A DNA stretch of 64,000 nt, taken from assembly GCA_048938105.1 (NCBI GenBank), contig JBHLMN010000016.1:64001-128000 (forward strand), written 5' to 3'. Below are positions 10,623 through 19,932 of this stretch, one piece after another. This DNA comes from Promethearchaeota archaeon. Lineage in GTDB: Archaea; Asgardarchaeota; Heimdallarchaeia; Hodarchaeales; Hodarchaeaceae. The position numbers and the translations under genes were made by a program. How positions within the stretch are numbered: the first letter of the stretch is position 1; every line of letters begins with the position of its first letter. The notes under the pieces were generated by a model that made no database searches, was not told the DNA's origin, and worked only from the letters and a program-made list of their open reading frames with translations.

Positions 10623-12092
10623 ATGAATCAATCGTTAAATATAGACTTAAATCTAAATCAAAATGAAGAAATTATGATAGATTCCTATTCATTTCATTGT
10701 TATATAGCTTCGATAATTAAAATACCACACAAAGAAGAATACGTGTATCAGGTACGATATGATCCTTTAACTTATAATCACTTGAAGGATTTCAGTCATT
10801 ATGAAAAGGAGGTTCATTTCTTTCTTAAAGAATTTGTTTTGCACCAAAATGATTTCTGTACATTTGATCAGCTTTACACTTCCTTATCAAAAGCTACTTA
10901 TAAGGAATTACAAATCCCTAAACAATTTCTAATCCCCGTTATGTTCCGTAAGCTCAATCTTGAAAAAATTGGTCCATTATTAATTGAAGATCAGATTGAC
11001 GAAATATATTTAGATTCGAGTAAGAAGAATCTCTATATAGATCATTCCCGGCATGGGAGGTGTGCTACCTCAATACAGCTTTCGAAGGAAGAAATCGAAT
11101 CTTTTGTTCATCGAATTGCACTGGAAAACGATTTTTCTCTAAATCAAAACAATCCAACAATGAAAGCAGATTTTGTATCTAAATTGTTCCATTCCCGGAT
11201 CACAGTAGATATTCCTCCTCTTATTATCGATGATATTCACATTGATATCAGGAAATTTCATTCAAAGATATTGAGAATTTCAGATCTGATTAAGAATGGA
11301 AGTCTTACCCTAAGTCAAGCAATTTTCTTAGTATATTTAATTCAAAATCAGGTTTCGATTTCAATAATTGGGCCTCCAAATTCAGGGAAAACAACATTGC
11401 AAAATGCTTTGATTGAATATATTCCTCCTCATTTTCGACTTCTATCAGTGGAAGATGTTTTAGAAACCGCTGAAATAAGACGTGGAAACACTGTTAGATT
11501 CCGTTTAGGTTATGATCCGCATGAAAGCATGATTTTTTCAAAATCGCTTGAAGTCCAAAAAATACTACATAGAAGTCCAGATTTTATTAATTTAGGGGAG
11601 CTTTCCACAAAAAATCATTTTACTGCTTTTTTGAATGTTCTATCTGTTGGAATCCCATCAATTCAAACAATACATGGAAGAACTCCAGAATTTCTTTTCG
11701 TACGTTTGAGAGACATATATAACATTCCTCTAGAACTCTTAAAAGCTTCATTTCCTCATATTTTCATCGAGTTGAACGTTTCTTGGATCAAAAATAAGAA
11801 AAAACGTACAATTATGCGGATTGCAGAATTAACAAATGAAGGTGAAATTACTAATTTGTCTAACAAAGCAATCGAATCATTTGTCGCCTATCCTAATACT
11901 GAATCAGGAATTTTCACACTTGCTTATCTGATTAAGAACAATCAGACTAATCTCAATGATTTTATTGTTAATATCCAAAAAACAGCCTTATTATTGTCTG
12001 GAAACTCGTTTCATAAAGAAATTAAACAAGAAGCGGTTGATTTCAATCATCGGAATAAGAATGAAAATAAGATTGTAAAAAATAAAAACTAA
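10623..12092 (+). CDS. type II/IV secretion system ATPase (TadA/CpaF/VirB11 family)
   Basis: Walker A GPPNSGKT, Asp box SVEDVLE, Walker B-like SPDFINLGEL, His-box TIHG, upstream IDIRKF. Confidence 0.88.
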   Translation: MNQSLNIDLNLNQNEEIMIDSYSFHCYIASIIKIPHKEEYVYQVRYDPLTYNHLKDFSHYEKEVHFFLKEFVLHQNDFCTFDQLYTSLSKATYKELQIPKQFLIPVMFRKLNLEKIGPLLIEDQIDEIYLDSSKKNLYIDHSRHGRCATSIQLSKEEIESFVHRIALENDFSLNQNNPTMKADFVSKLFHSRITVDIPPLIIDDIHIDIRKFHSKILRISDLIKNGSLTLSQAIFLVYLIQNQVSISIIGPPNSGKTTLQNALIEYIPPHFRLLSVEDVLETAEIRRGNTVRFRLGYDPHESMIFSKSLEVQKILHRSPDFINLGELSTKNHFTAFLNVLSVGIPSIQTIHGRTPEFLFVRLRDIYNIPLELLKASFPHIFIELNVSWIKNKKKRTIMRIAELTNEGEITNLSNKAIESFVAYPNTESGIFTLAYLIKNNQTNLNDFIVNIQKTALLLSGNSFHKEIKQEAVDFNHRNKNENKIVKNKN

Positions 12093-12258
12093 GGATATTG
12101 GACTTGATCCAAAAAAAAAGAATTTTCCTTCAAAATATGGATATATTTCTTTAATTGAGAGGAGTAAGAAATCTGTATAATAAAAATTTCGGGACTTTAT
12201 ATGCCTTGGTTAATCTTTAGTGTTAGATCTTTTATTTTATTGAGAATTAGGGATAATC

Positions 12259-12457
12259 TTGATTCATTTCCATCAGGCTTTAATAATAGGTGAAAAGAAC
12301 GATTTATTCTCTCCAAACATTCTAGAATATCTACAGGAGCTTTCAAAGCAGCTGATTGAATCAATATCATTTCTATTCCCTACATTACTTAGCATTGCAA
12401 TTGTAACAGTAAATCTTTCTTTGATTTCAGGAACACTCGTTTACCTCTTAGATTATA
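12259..12457 (+). pseudogene. 5' half of a pilin-like small membrane protein gene interrupted by the IscB element
   Basis: Hydrophobic ORF ...LSLISGTLVYLLDY runs into GTCAATCACC at 12458; joins in frame to 19287. Confidence 0.75.
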
Positions 12458-12735
12458 GTCAATCACCCCGAGCTCAAACCTCAGGGCTTTTTCGGTGACG
12501 AGAAAGAGTAATTGGTTGATTAGCCACAGAAAAGTTGAAGGAATAGGTAATTATGAAATCAACAGTATCTAAGTTATCAGGAGAGTTCAGGAACGCACCA
12601 AAAGATGCTTCTCTAGTCTCTTGCTCTGCAAATGAGGGGTTAAACAGAGAGGAAACTCTCAGTGCTCCTCATACAGTACTGCCTGATAACCTTGGCGAAG
12701 AGAACCAACTCCGTAATACTACGGAGAGACAGAAC
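12458..12735 (+). ncRNA. IscB omega-RNA scaffold (HEARO-like); guide predicted from the upstream flank, approx. 12438-12457
   Basis: Begins GTCAATCACCCC, pairing with TGGTTGAT (12513-12520); contains blocks typical of iscB leaders (GATGCTTCTCTAGTC, TTAAACAG...CAGTG hairpin, AACCTTGGCGAAGAGA); lies directly upstream of iscB. Confidence 0.85.
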
Positions 12736-13962
12736 ATGAGTGTATCTGTCAATGTCTATGTACTGAGTATGAGAGGGTCACCTCTCATGCCAACCACACC
12801 TCGAAAAGCGCGTCTATTGTTGAAACAAGGAAAAGCATCTGTTGTTCAACGAACACCATTTACAATTCAACTCAAATATGCTACAGGTGAAACTACGCAG
12901 CCCATCACCTTGGGAATTGATGCGGGGTATTCTACCATTGGTTTTTCCGCAATTGCAGCAAAAAAAGAACTTATTGCAGGTGAAGTAGTATTAAGAACAG
13001 ATATCTCAAAAAGATTAGCCCAAAGACGCATGTATCGTAGAAACAGACGTAGTTATCTTTGGTATCGAAAGCCCCGTTTTCTTAACCGTACTCATGCCAA
13101 AAAAGAGGGATGGTTTGCTCCAAGTATTCAACACAAATTCGATTCTCATATTCGATTAGTGAAAAAAATTCAGAAGATTTTATCTATTACAAATATCATT
13201 GTTGAAGTGGCATCATTTGATACTCTAAAGATGCAGAATCCAGAGATAAACGGGATAGAATATCAACAAGGAGAATTACAAGGTTATGAAGTAAGGGAAT
13301 ATCTACTTGTAAAATATGGAAGAAAATGTGTCTATTGTGGAAAATCTGGCATTCCCTTAGAAGTAGAACATATAAAACCGAAATCGAGAGGAGGGTCAAA
13401 TCGTGTTTCAAACTTGGCAATTTCGTGCCAAAAATGCAACCAAAAAAAAGGTGATCAAACTGCTGCTGAATTTGGACATTCTAAAGTGCAAAAACAGGCC
13501 AAGCGACCCTTAAAAGCTCCCACATTCATGAATAATGTTCGTCAAAAAATCGTGGCTAAATTGAACAGTCAATATACTTATGGTTTCATCACAAAGTATA
13601 ATCGAATTAAACTCGGTTTAAACAAGTCTCATATTAATGATGCATATGTCATTGCTGGAGGGAAATTATGTCAACAACGAACTAAACCATTTTATGTTAA
13701 TCAAATCCGACGTAATAATCGTAGTCTACAATTAAATCGGAAAGGATTTAGAGTATCTATCCGAAAGTCTCACTATCCTTTTCAACCCAATGACCTCGTC
13801 AAAGTAAAAACAACCAATTCTCTATATCGAGTTAAAGGAACTCATTGCAAAGGGACACGGATTATGGTACAGTCACTCAATTTAGTTAAGAAAAAGATTA
13901 GTTTAAGTTTCAAGAATATTGAGTTGGTCACCTATGGTAAGGGATTGTCATTTAAATATTAA
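12736..13962 (+). CDS. iscB: RNA-guided endonuclease IscB (408 aa)
   Basis: N-terminal PLMP motif, RuvC-I GIDAG, Arg-rich bridge helix, RuvC-II IVEVASFD, HNH with CVYC/CQKC (EHIKPKSRGGSN...N), RuvC-III SHINDA. The ORF-track start at 12553 extends into the omega-RNA. Confidence 0.95.
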   Translation: MSVSVNVYVLSMRGSPLMPTTPRKARLLLKQGKASVVQRTPFTIQLKYATGETTQPITLGIDAGYSTIGFSAIAAKKELIAGEVVLRTDISKRLAQRRMYRRNRRSYLWYRKPRFLNRTHAKKEGWFAPSIQHKFDSHIRLVKKIQKILSITNIIVEVASFDTLKMQNPEINGIEYQQGELQGYEVREYLLVKYGRKCVYCGKSGIPLEVEHIKPKSRGGSNRVSNLAISCQKCNQKKGDQTAAEFGHSKVQKQAKRPLKAPTFMNNVRQKIVAKLNSQYTYGFITKYNRIKLGLNKSHINDAYVIAGGKLCQQRTKPFYVNQIRRNNRSLQLNRKGFRVSIRKSHYPFQPNDLVKVKTTNSLYRVKGTHCKGTRIMVQSLNLVKKKISLSFKNIELVTYGKGLSFKY

Positions 13963-14199
13963 TTGGTTAATTATGAGTTATACCACCTTTGGCTCTTATA
14001 GAGATCCCATTTCCATTAAGTAATGCCTCTTATTCTACCAATGTAGTCTTAACTTTTGCTTAAAAACCCGAGAAAAACTCCTGGAATGCCCTTTTTTATG
14101 CCCTTATTTTATAGATTTCCCCTCTAGGACTCTCACTGAATTTCCATACGAGAAAAAATGCCTGAACCTTGAATTTCTTATTTAGTGAAAAAGAGTTGC

Positions 14200-14238
14200 T
14201 TCATTGAGGTCGTCAAATTAGTCCATTGACGACATGAA
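14200..14238. repeat. inverted repeat / hairpin TTCAT-tgag-GTCGTCAA...TTGACGAC-ATGAA
   Basis: Perfect 8-bp stem (14209-14216 / 14226-14233) extended by TTCAT/ATGAA. Confidence 0.6.
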
Positions 14239-15085
14239 CACATTATAATTGCTTCCTCACTATTCTACTGTAGAAGAGATGTAATCAACCTTATTGGGCA
14301 TAAAAGTATCTCCCTCCTGAAATAATTGTCATTAAGGAGGAATAGTTAAATTCATTAAGGAAGAACCATCTAATACAATCAGGAAGACAAGTTTTTTCTT
14401 CACACAAAGGCTATTGAAAGAAGAAACTCGCCTCCAAGAATTAAGATAGTAGAGATTGACTCTTCCCAAAGAATTCAATCCTCTTTTATCTTTTTTCTCA
14501 GTTTGTGTAAGCTTCCTTAGATAAAATTAAAAAAGAATTCTTACCATTTTTCTTCTAATCTATGATATCTAGAATAGCCCAAACTCTCTTTCTAACATCT
14601 TTGAAATTTAAGAAAATCAAAATGGATAATGATTTCCGCTGTAAAATCATGAAATATATGGCAAGCTATTCTTTTTATCGATACGTTGAAAAAAGGTTTT
14701 ATAGAATAAATAATAACCCTTACATACTCTAAAATAATGAATAAGCATACCTCGCTAGTTTGAATAATTGTCAAAACGATTTAATTACTCTTAGTATCAC
14801 AAACAACGTTAAACAAGCTAGATTAAGTATCATCGCCTCTCTCGGTTGTGTAAAGAAATCAGAACGAGATGGAAGAATCACATTACATCTTATACTATAT
14901 AATATTTGCATAGCAGAAACAACAGGTAGAGAAACATTTTCAAAATAAGAAATCCCTAAGAATGAAATCGTACTAATACGATATGTCACATATTTAAAAA
15001 TTGATATAGTACTAAGCCCCACACAGTTCAGAATAATGAAAACAAACTAATCATATGATATGTAAAGGCATAGGAGGAGAAATAT

Positions 15086-15586
15086 ATGGTATTAACTTAC
15101 GAACCTGAACTATCCAAAATAAATGACCTCTTAAATTATGGAAGGTTGTATAATAACACGTTAATAGCTATTAATCGTATTATACATGGTCTTGAACTGA
15201 ATGAGAGGCATCAAGATTCTTTGAACTCCATGAAAAATCTTTTTGATGAAGTGATAAGAGGAGAAGGACAAAACATCGAAATTAAATTGAATAGAGCCCC
15301 AAATAATGTTTCCAGCCTCAATGCTTACAGAAGAATGACTTTGTTGAGCTTACGTGATATTCTAAGAGATGTTAAAGAAGAAAATGAAGTTAAAGAATAT
15401 CTCATGGGACTTAGAGATACATTAATCAGTTTTATAAGTAATACATTAGATTTAGAAACAGAAGAAAACATAAATTCGCTAATGAAATTTCTAGGAATTT
15501 CATCAGAAACCTGTCACAAGGAAATTGAGAGACTGAGGATCGAGGAGGTTGAATTGAAGCCTTGGGAGACGAGAGAAGAGATTTAG
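15086..15586 (+). CDS. hypothetical predicted all-helical protein, first gene of the cargo operon
   Basis: 166-aa ORF with strong AGGAGGA RBS; overlaps the next gene. Confidence 0.75.
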   Translation: MVLTYEPELSKINDLLNYGRLYNNTLIAINRIIHGLELNERHQDSLNSMKNLFDEVIRGEGQNIEIKLNRAPNNVSSLNAYRRMTLLSLRDILRDVKEENEVKEYLMGLRDTLISFISNTLDLETEENINSLMKFLGISSETCHKEIERLRIEEVELKPWETREEI

Positions 15587-17169
15587 CTACAATTGAATCT
15601 TGCATTCAACAAATAAATTTCTTTGTGGATGAAATCTATCTACTAGAAAAGGCCTCCTTAATTAATTATCAAAGATTCTATCAGCTTTTAAATAAAATAT
15701 GCAGAATTATCCTTAATCAACTAGAGGACTTGAAAACTGAAAGAGGTGATCTGGAAGAGTTAGAAGAAAATAATCATATTACGAAAGTAAAAAGAACCAT
15801 TATCATTCAAGCAAAAAACCTACTTGAAACTGTTTCACAACTTCAATGGTACCTTAAGCAGCTATCTTTAGGTACAGGGAGAGAAGAAAACATCCCCGTT
15901 GAATTTATTTTTCCTCTAGAGCCTATCATTGAACATTTTATTGAAGAAAATTTGATTTTTCTTATTGCATCCTGGGAACGTAATTATAAGATCGTAGATT
16001 TTTCTAATGTGTTGAGCCGCATTTTTAAGAATGATAAGGTGATTCTAGACGAGATTAATCACTTCAAAGATCATATCATAATTATCAATCTTCCATGTGC
16101 ATGGAAAGAAGCAGCTTTAATGCATCCATTACTTTTTCATGAGATCGGTCATTTATTGATTAATCTTAATCCTCAAGGGTATAAAGAAAATTTCATTATG
16201 TCAATCGATAATAAAAAGATTGAAAGGATTCTAAAAAGAATTCGATCTGATTTTTCCAATAAGAACTCTAAGGTACTGAAAGATCTTCAATATTTCATTA
16301 ATCAAAGTATTTTTCAGGTAGATATCGTAACAACATCATTGAATTGGTATAATGAGATTCTTTGTGATTTTTTTGGCTTTTCATTAATGAATCTTGGATT
16401 TATATTCGCTTTCACATCATTTTTTAGAACATCGGCCAGTTTAACATCGTGTGGACCGACTCATCCCCCAGGATTCTTAAGATTTGGATTACTTTACTAT
16501 AAGTTATCTAAAGATAAAAGGATTCTCGATTTTTTGAAAACTATATCACCTGATGTTTATAATCTTCTTAAAGATTCAGCTACAAGATGGGAATACTATA
16601 AATCAAAATTAACTTATCTTAATCAGGCTTGTGTCGAAGTTTTAGAGAATTATAAAGAACACCTTCTTGACTCAAACTTGCATGAAATGAGAGGTTTGAG
16701 TATTGAGGAATTTATATACAACCATGATAGGTTTATAAAGTATAAAGACAAATTGTTTGAACTTTTACTTAATTTTATACCAATTAACGAAATAATAATA
16801 AGTGAAACTGAATCCTACCAATGTAATCTAGCATTAATTATTAATGTTGGTTGGTTCTTTTATTATAATAAAGAATTTGACTTATTTAAAGAAAAAGCTC
16901 TAGAACATAAAGAAAAACCTGAATCACGTTACTCAGGGTCTTTAGGTCCAGGGATTAGTCAAATTCACAGAGATAAGGAAATTCCAAAGCTTCATGTGGC
17001 TTTTGATATTTCAAACAACGAAAAATTTGAAAATAACTTTTACAAGGAAAGGCCTAGTCCTTTCTCTTTTTTAAATTGCATTATAAACAAATCGATTCAG
17101 CTTTCTTTCATCCAGGAATATCTAAAAGATATTTGGGAGAGAAAACAAGATGTTTCTACCAAGAATTGA
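15562..17169 (+). CDS. HExxH zincin-like protein (putative metallopeptidase)
   Basis: LFHEIGHL, downstream NEILCD (third ligand-like) and THPP, an arrangement resembling gluzincin/M48 peptidases; GAGGAGG RBS. Confidence 0.65.
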   Translation: MGDERRDLATIESCIQQINFFVDEIYLLEKASLINYQRFYQLLNKICRIILNQLEDLKTERGDLEELEENNHITKVKRTIIIQAKNLLETVSQLQWYLKQLSLGTGREENIPVEFIFPLEPIIEHFIEENLIFLIASWERNYKIVDFSNVLSRIFKNDKVILDEINHFKDHIIIINLPCAWKEAALMHPLLFHEIGHLLINLNPQGYKENFIMSIDNKKIERILKRIRSDFSNKNSKVLKDLQYFINQSIFQVDIVTTSLNWYNEILCDFFGFSLMNLGFIFAFTSFFRTSASLTSCGPTHPPGFLRFGLLYYKLSKDKRILDFLKTISPDVYNLLKDSATRWEYYKSKLTYLNQACVEVLENYKEHLLDSNLHEMRGLSIEEFIYNHDRFIKYKDKLFELLLNFIPINEIIISETESYQCNLALIINVGWFFYYNKEFDLFKEKALEHKEKPESRYSGSLGPGISQIHRDKEIPKLHVAFDISNNEKFENNFYKERPSPFSFLNCIINKSIQLSFIQEYLKDIWERKQDVSTKN

Positions 17170-17668
17170 AATAATAAATCGTATTTTTAATGAACAAGAT
17201 TTTAATAAACGAATAATAGTAACACCCTTTTTTGACCCTGATGAGCAAATTGGTGATGGTACTCTTGATCTGAGGTTAGGTTTTTCATTTTTGAAAATGT
17301 CTCGTGAATATATTCCTTATGTTAATGTTTTGGATGAGGATGTATACACTAAAATTGATTCTTCTCATAAAAAGATTCTTTATTATCCTCGTTGGACCAC
17401 AAAAGAAATAACTCTTCATCCTGGTGACTTTTTATTAGGTGCTACTCTTGAATACGTTAAACTTCCAGATGATTTAATGGCACTCATTTCAGGACGTTCC
17501 TCGTGGGCTCGATTAGGAATCGTTATTCAGGCAACTGGAGGTGTTATTCATCCCAATTTTAACGGTACTATAACTTTTGAATTAGCTAATGTTAGTTCCA
17601 TGCCTGTTAACCTCTACCCTGGGATGAGAATTGCACAATTAGTATTTTCAAGTTGTTCCAATGATTAA
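17150..17668 (+). CDS. dcd: dCTP deaminase, trimeric dUTPase fold, with short C-terminus
   Basis: LDLRLG, LGATLEYVKLP, GRSSWARLG, GTITFELAN, LYPGMRIAQLVF. Confidence 0.88.
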   Translation: MFLPRIEIINRIFNEQDFNKRIIVTPFFDPDEQIGDGTLDLRLGFSFLKMSREYIPYVNVLDEDVYTKIDSSHKKILYYPRWTTKEITLHPGDFLLGATLEYVKLPDDLMALISGRSSWARLGIVIQATGGVIHPNFNGTITFELANVSSMPVNLYPGMRIAQLVFSSCSND

Positions 17669-17901
17669 TATGGATTATAATGATATAGACAATCTTTATT
17701 CTTGTGGTATGGATGGTTGAAACTCATTTAATAAAAATAAGTATTAATATCGAATAAATCGATTTTGTCATTTTTTTCTGATAAATATTATCTATTTATT
17801 GTGTAGCTAATACTACATAAAATTGCTAATATTGTAAATAACTTTACAAATAACTATATACCCACGATTTGGAAGGGTGAGGCAAATGTGTTTAAAACTA
17901 A

Positions 17902-19242
17902 ATGATAAAGGATGAAACTGTAAATGGATGCAGGAAAGTGAAGAGAAAATTTCTACTTATTTTCCCAGAATGGCCGCCTGCCATTGGAGGGATGCAAACT
18001 CATGCTATTTGTTTATCTAATTATCTTTTTTCTAATGGTCATAAAATACTTGTTGTTACATACAAACCAAATCATGCACAATATTCAAAACAAGAATATT
18101 TACAATCTGATAAACTCTTTAACTTCCCTGTTATAAGAATTTTATCAAGAATCACTTATTATCAAAACCTGAGAATAATTCAAAAGATTTCAAGAAAATT
18201 CAAACCAGATCTGATTTATTCAAGTAATATTTTTTATGGAATTCTTAAAGATTGGACTGGTAAACCCACAGTATGTCGATCAGTCGGAAATGATATCTTA
18301 AGGCCTTGGATTCCTTATCCTTTTAATTTTGGATCAAGATTATTGTACAACAAGGCCATAGAGGAAATTTTAGTAAAAATCTTTTTTAAATATTTAAGAG
18401 AGTTAGACATATTCCCTTTTTTAAGCTCTATTTTTCGTAAAAGACGATTAAATATTACTATACAATCTGCAAGATCAGCAGATACAATTTTACCTAATAG
18501 TCACTTTACAACGAGAATTCTTGTTGGATTTGGTGTGAATTCAGCAATTATAAAACCTATAATTGGGGGGGTTGATGTTAATTTCTTTAGAAGAGAAAAA
18601 TCAATTGATAAAAGGCCATTACGAAAAAAATTAAATTTACCAGAAGATAAAATTTTATTGTTAACTGTTTGTAGATTAGTCCAAAAGAAGCGAGTAGATC
18701 TTTTGATTAGAACTATTAAAACCGCTATCTCTAAAGATAAAAATTGGCATTTAGTAATTATTGGAAATGGTAAACGACGTAAGAAATTAATAAAATTAAC
18801 CCATGACCTTGAATTAACGGAATTTATAACTTTTATAGGCTCAATACCATATTATTCAATACCACAATATTATTGGACTGCAGATTTGTTTATTCTTGCT
18901 AGTAAAATCTTCTATCAATCTAAGACAAAAACTTATGATGTCGAAACGATGGGTAGGGTATTATGTGAAGCCAATGCAGCAGGAGTTCCAGTACTCGCCT
19001 CAAAAAGTGGTGGTATTCCCTCTATTATAACTAATAAGAAAAATGGTTTGCTTTTTAACACAGATGATCAGACTGTTCTTTGTGAGAAAATTACTTACAT
19101 GCTTAACAATAAAAAAATGCTTGAGGATTTTAGTCGAAATGGATTGTATTATGCTGAAGAGAAATTTGATTGGTCTATAGTGTTTCAAAAACATGAAGAA
19201 ATATTTGAAAATCTGTTAAATGGGAAAAGAACTGGTACCTAA
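17902..19242 (+). CDS. glycosyltransferase family 4 (GT-B)
   Basis: PPAIGGMQT N-terminal loop, VCRLVQKKRVD, ETMGRVLCEANAAGVPV (E-x7-E), SGGIPSII. Confidence 0.92.
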   Translation: MIKDETVNGCRKVKRKFLLIFPEWPPAIGGMQTHAICLSNYLFSNGHKILVVTYKPNHAQYSKQEYLQSDKLFNFPVIRILSRITYYQNLRIIQKISRKFKPDLIYSSNIFYGILKDWTGKPTVCRSVGNDILRPWIPYPFNFGSRLLYNKAIEEILVKIFFKYLRELDIFPFLSSIFRKRRLNITIQSARSADTILPNSHFTTRILVGFGVNSAIIKPIIGGVDVNFFRREKSIDKRPLRKKLNLPEDKILLLTVCRLVQKKRVDLLIRTIKTAISKDKNWHLVIIGNGKRRKKLIKLTHDLELTEFITFIGSIPYYSIPQYYWTADLFILASKIFYQSKTKTYDVETMGRVLCEANAAGVPVLASKSGGIPSIITNKKNGLLFNTDDQTVLCEKITYMLNNKKMLEDFSRNGLYYAEEKFDWSIVFQKHEEIFENLLNGKRTGT

Positions 19243-19286
19243 TGATTATTCAACATATTACTTTCTTTCGGTGAATAAAGATTAGA

Positions 19287-19612
19287 ATGAGGAAAATGGA
19301 AAAATGATGATTCTTAGATCATTTATAATTCTAATACTCTTAATCTCTATTTTTAATCTAAAATTTCCTAGGTCAACGGTGGTTATGGAACCATTTGAGG
19401 GTTTTTTTCCTTTAACTTCATTTATCACATCATATTTATTGTTTATTTTTGCAGTATTATCTCTTATAGTCTTCATTGGAAATTTAGGCCTTTATCTCCT
19501 TACCTCAGATTCAGAACGGATCAAGAACTTGAAAAAAAGCACATTCTGCCTTTTCTGTATTATTTTACCATTAGGTTTTCAATTTCCACATATGCCGATA
19601 TGGAAAATGTGA
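19287..19612 (+). pseudogene. 3' half of the interrupted pilin-like membrane gene (may be expressed from ATG 19304)
   Basis: In-frame (N)EENGKMMILRSFIILILL... continues the 12259 frame; preceded by an in-frame TAG that lies within the insert. Confidence 0.7.
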
Positions 19613-19616
19613 TTTT

Positions 19617-19805
19617 ATGCCGAATGAGATTCTAGTAATTATAATATCAGCTTGTTTGGATATATTTTCATCGGAACAATTTAGGGCATTTTTAATAGCT
19701 CTTGGGTCTATAATCTATGCTCCCACTGGCAGTCGAATTGGAAAATATTGTCTATTGTTTGGTCTTTTCATTTTTACACTCAATAATCTAATAATAGGCA
19801 TTTGA
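19617..19805 (+). CDS. small two-TM pilin-like membrane protein
   Basis: FLIALGSIIY-APTGSRIGK-YCLLFGLFIF hairpin pattern; 4 nt after the previous stop. Confidence 0.5.
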   Translation: MPNEILVIIISACLDIFSSEQFRAFLIALGSIIYAPTGSRIGKYCLLFGLFIFTLNNLIIGI

Positions 19806-19932
19806 AGAAGTAAATCAGTAGTTCTCAATTTAACAGATATTACAGTTTATATGACATTTTTTTTACATCAATATTCTTGGGAGTTTTTTAAGATCCTCTT
19901 AATTTGATAGTGGAGCGAAGAAACAATTTTGA

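Larger units (their letters stand above)
12458..19286 (+). mobile_element. 6829-bp IscB/omega-RNA (IS200/IS605-superfamily-like) insertion with cargo genes and no transposase
   Basis: Left boundary coincides with the omega-RNA 5' end; right boundary precedes ATGAGG; excision restores the reading frame of the flanking membrane gene. Confidence 0.72.

Noticed and set aside
12553-12735. 61-aa N-terminal extension of IscB in the ORF track
   Set aside because: It overlaps conserved omega-RNA motifs, and IscB normally starts just before the PLMP motif; ATG 12736 is preferred
12736-13962. Cas9/CRISPR interpretation of the RuvC+HNH protein
   Set aside because: Only approx. 408 aa with a PLMP domain and omega-RNA; no repeat-spacer array or cas1/cas2 seen in the window
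13963-15085. Transposase (Y1 HUH or IS607 serine recombinase) within the insert; short ORFs at 14592-15022
   Set aside because: No HUH/Tyr or serine-recombinase motifs found; the short ORFs lack recognisable features, and a faint ILPSRSD glycosyltransferase-like fragment is too weak to call
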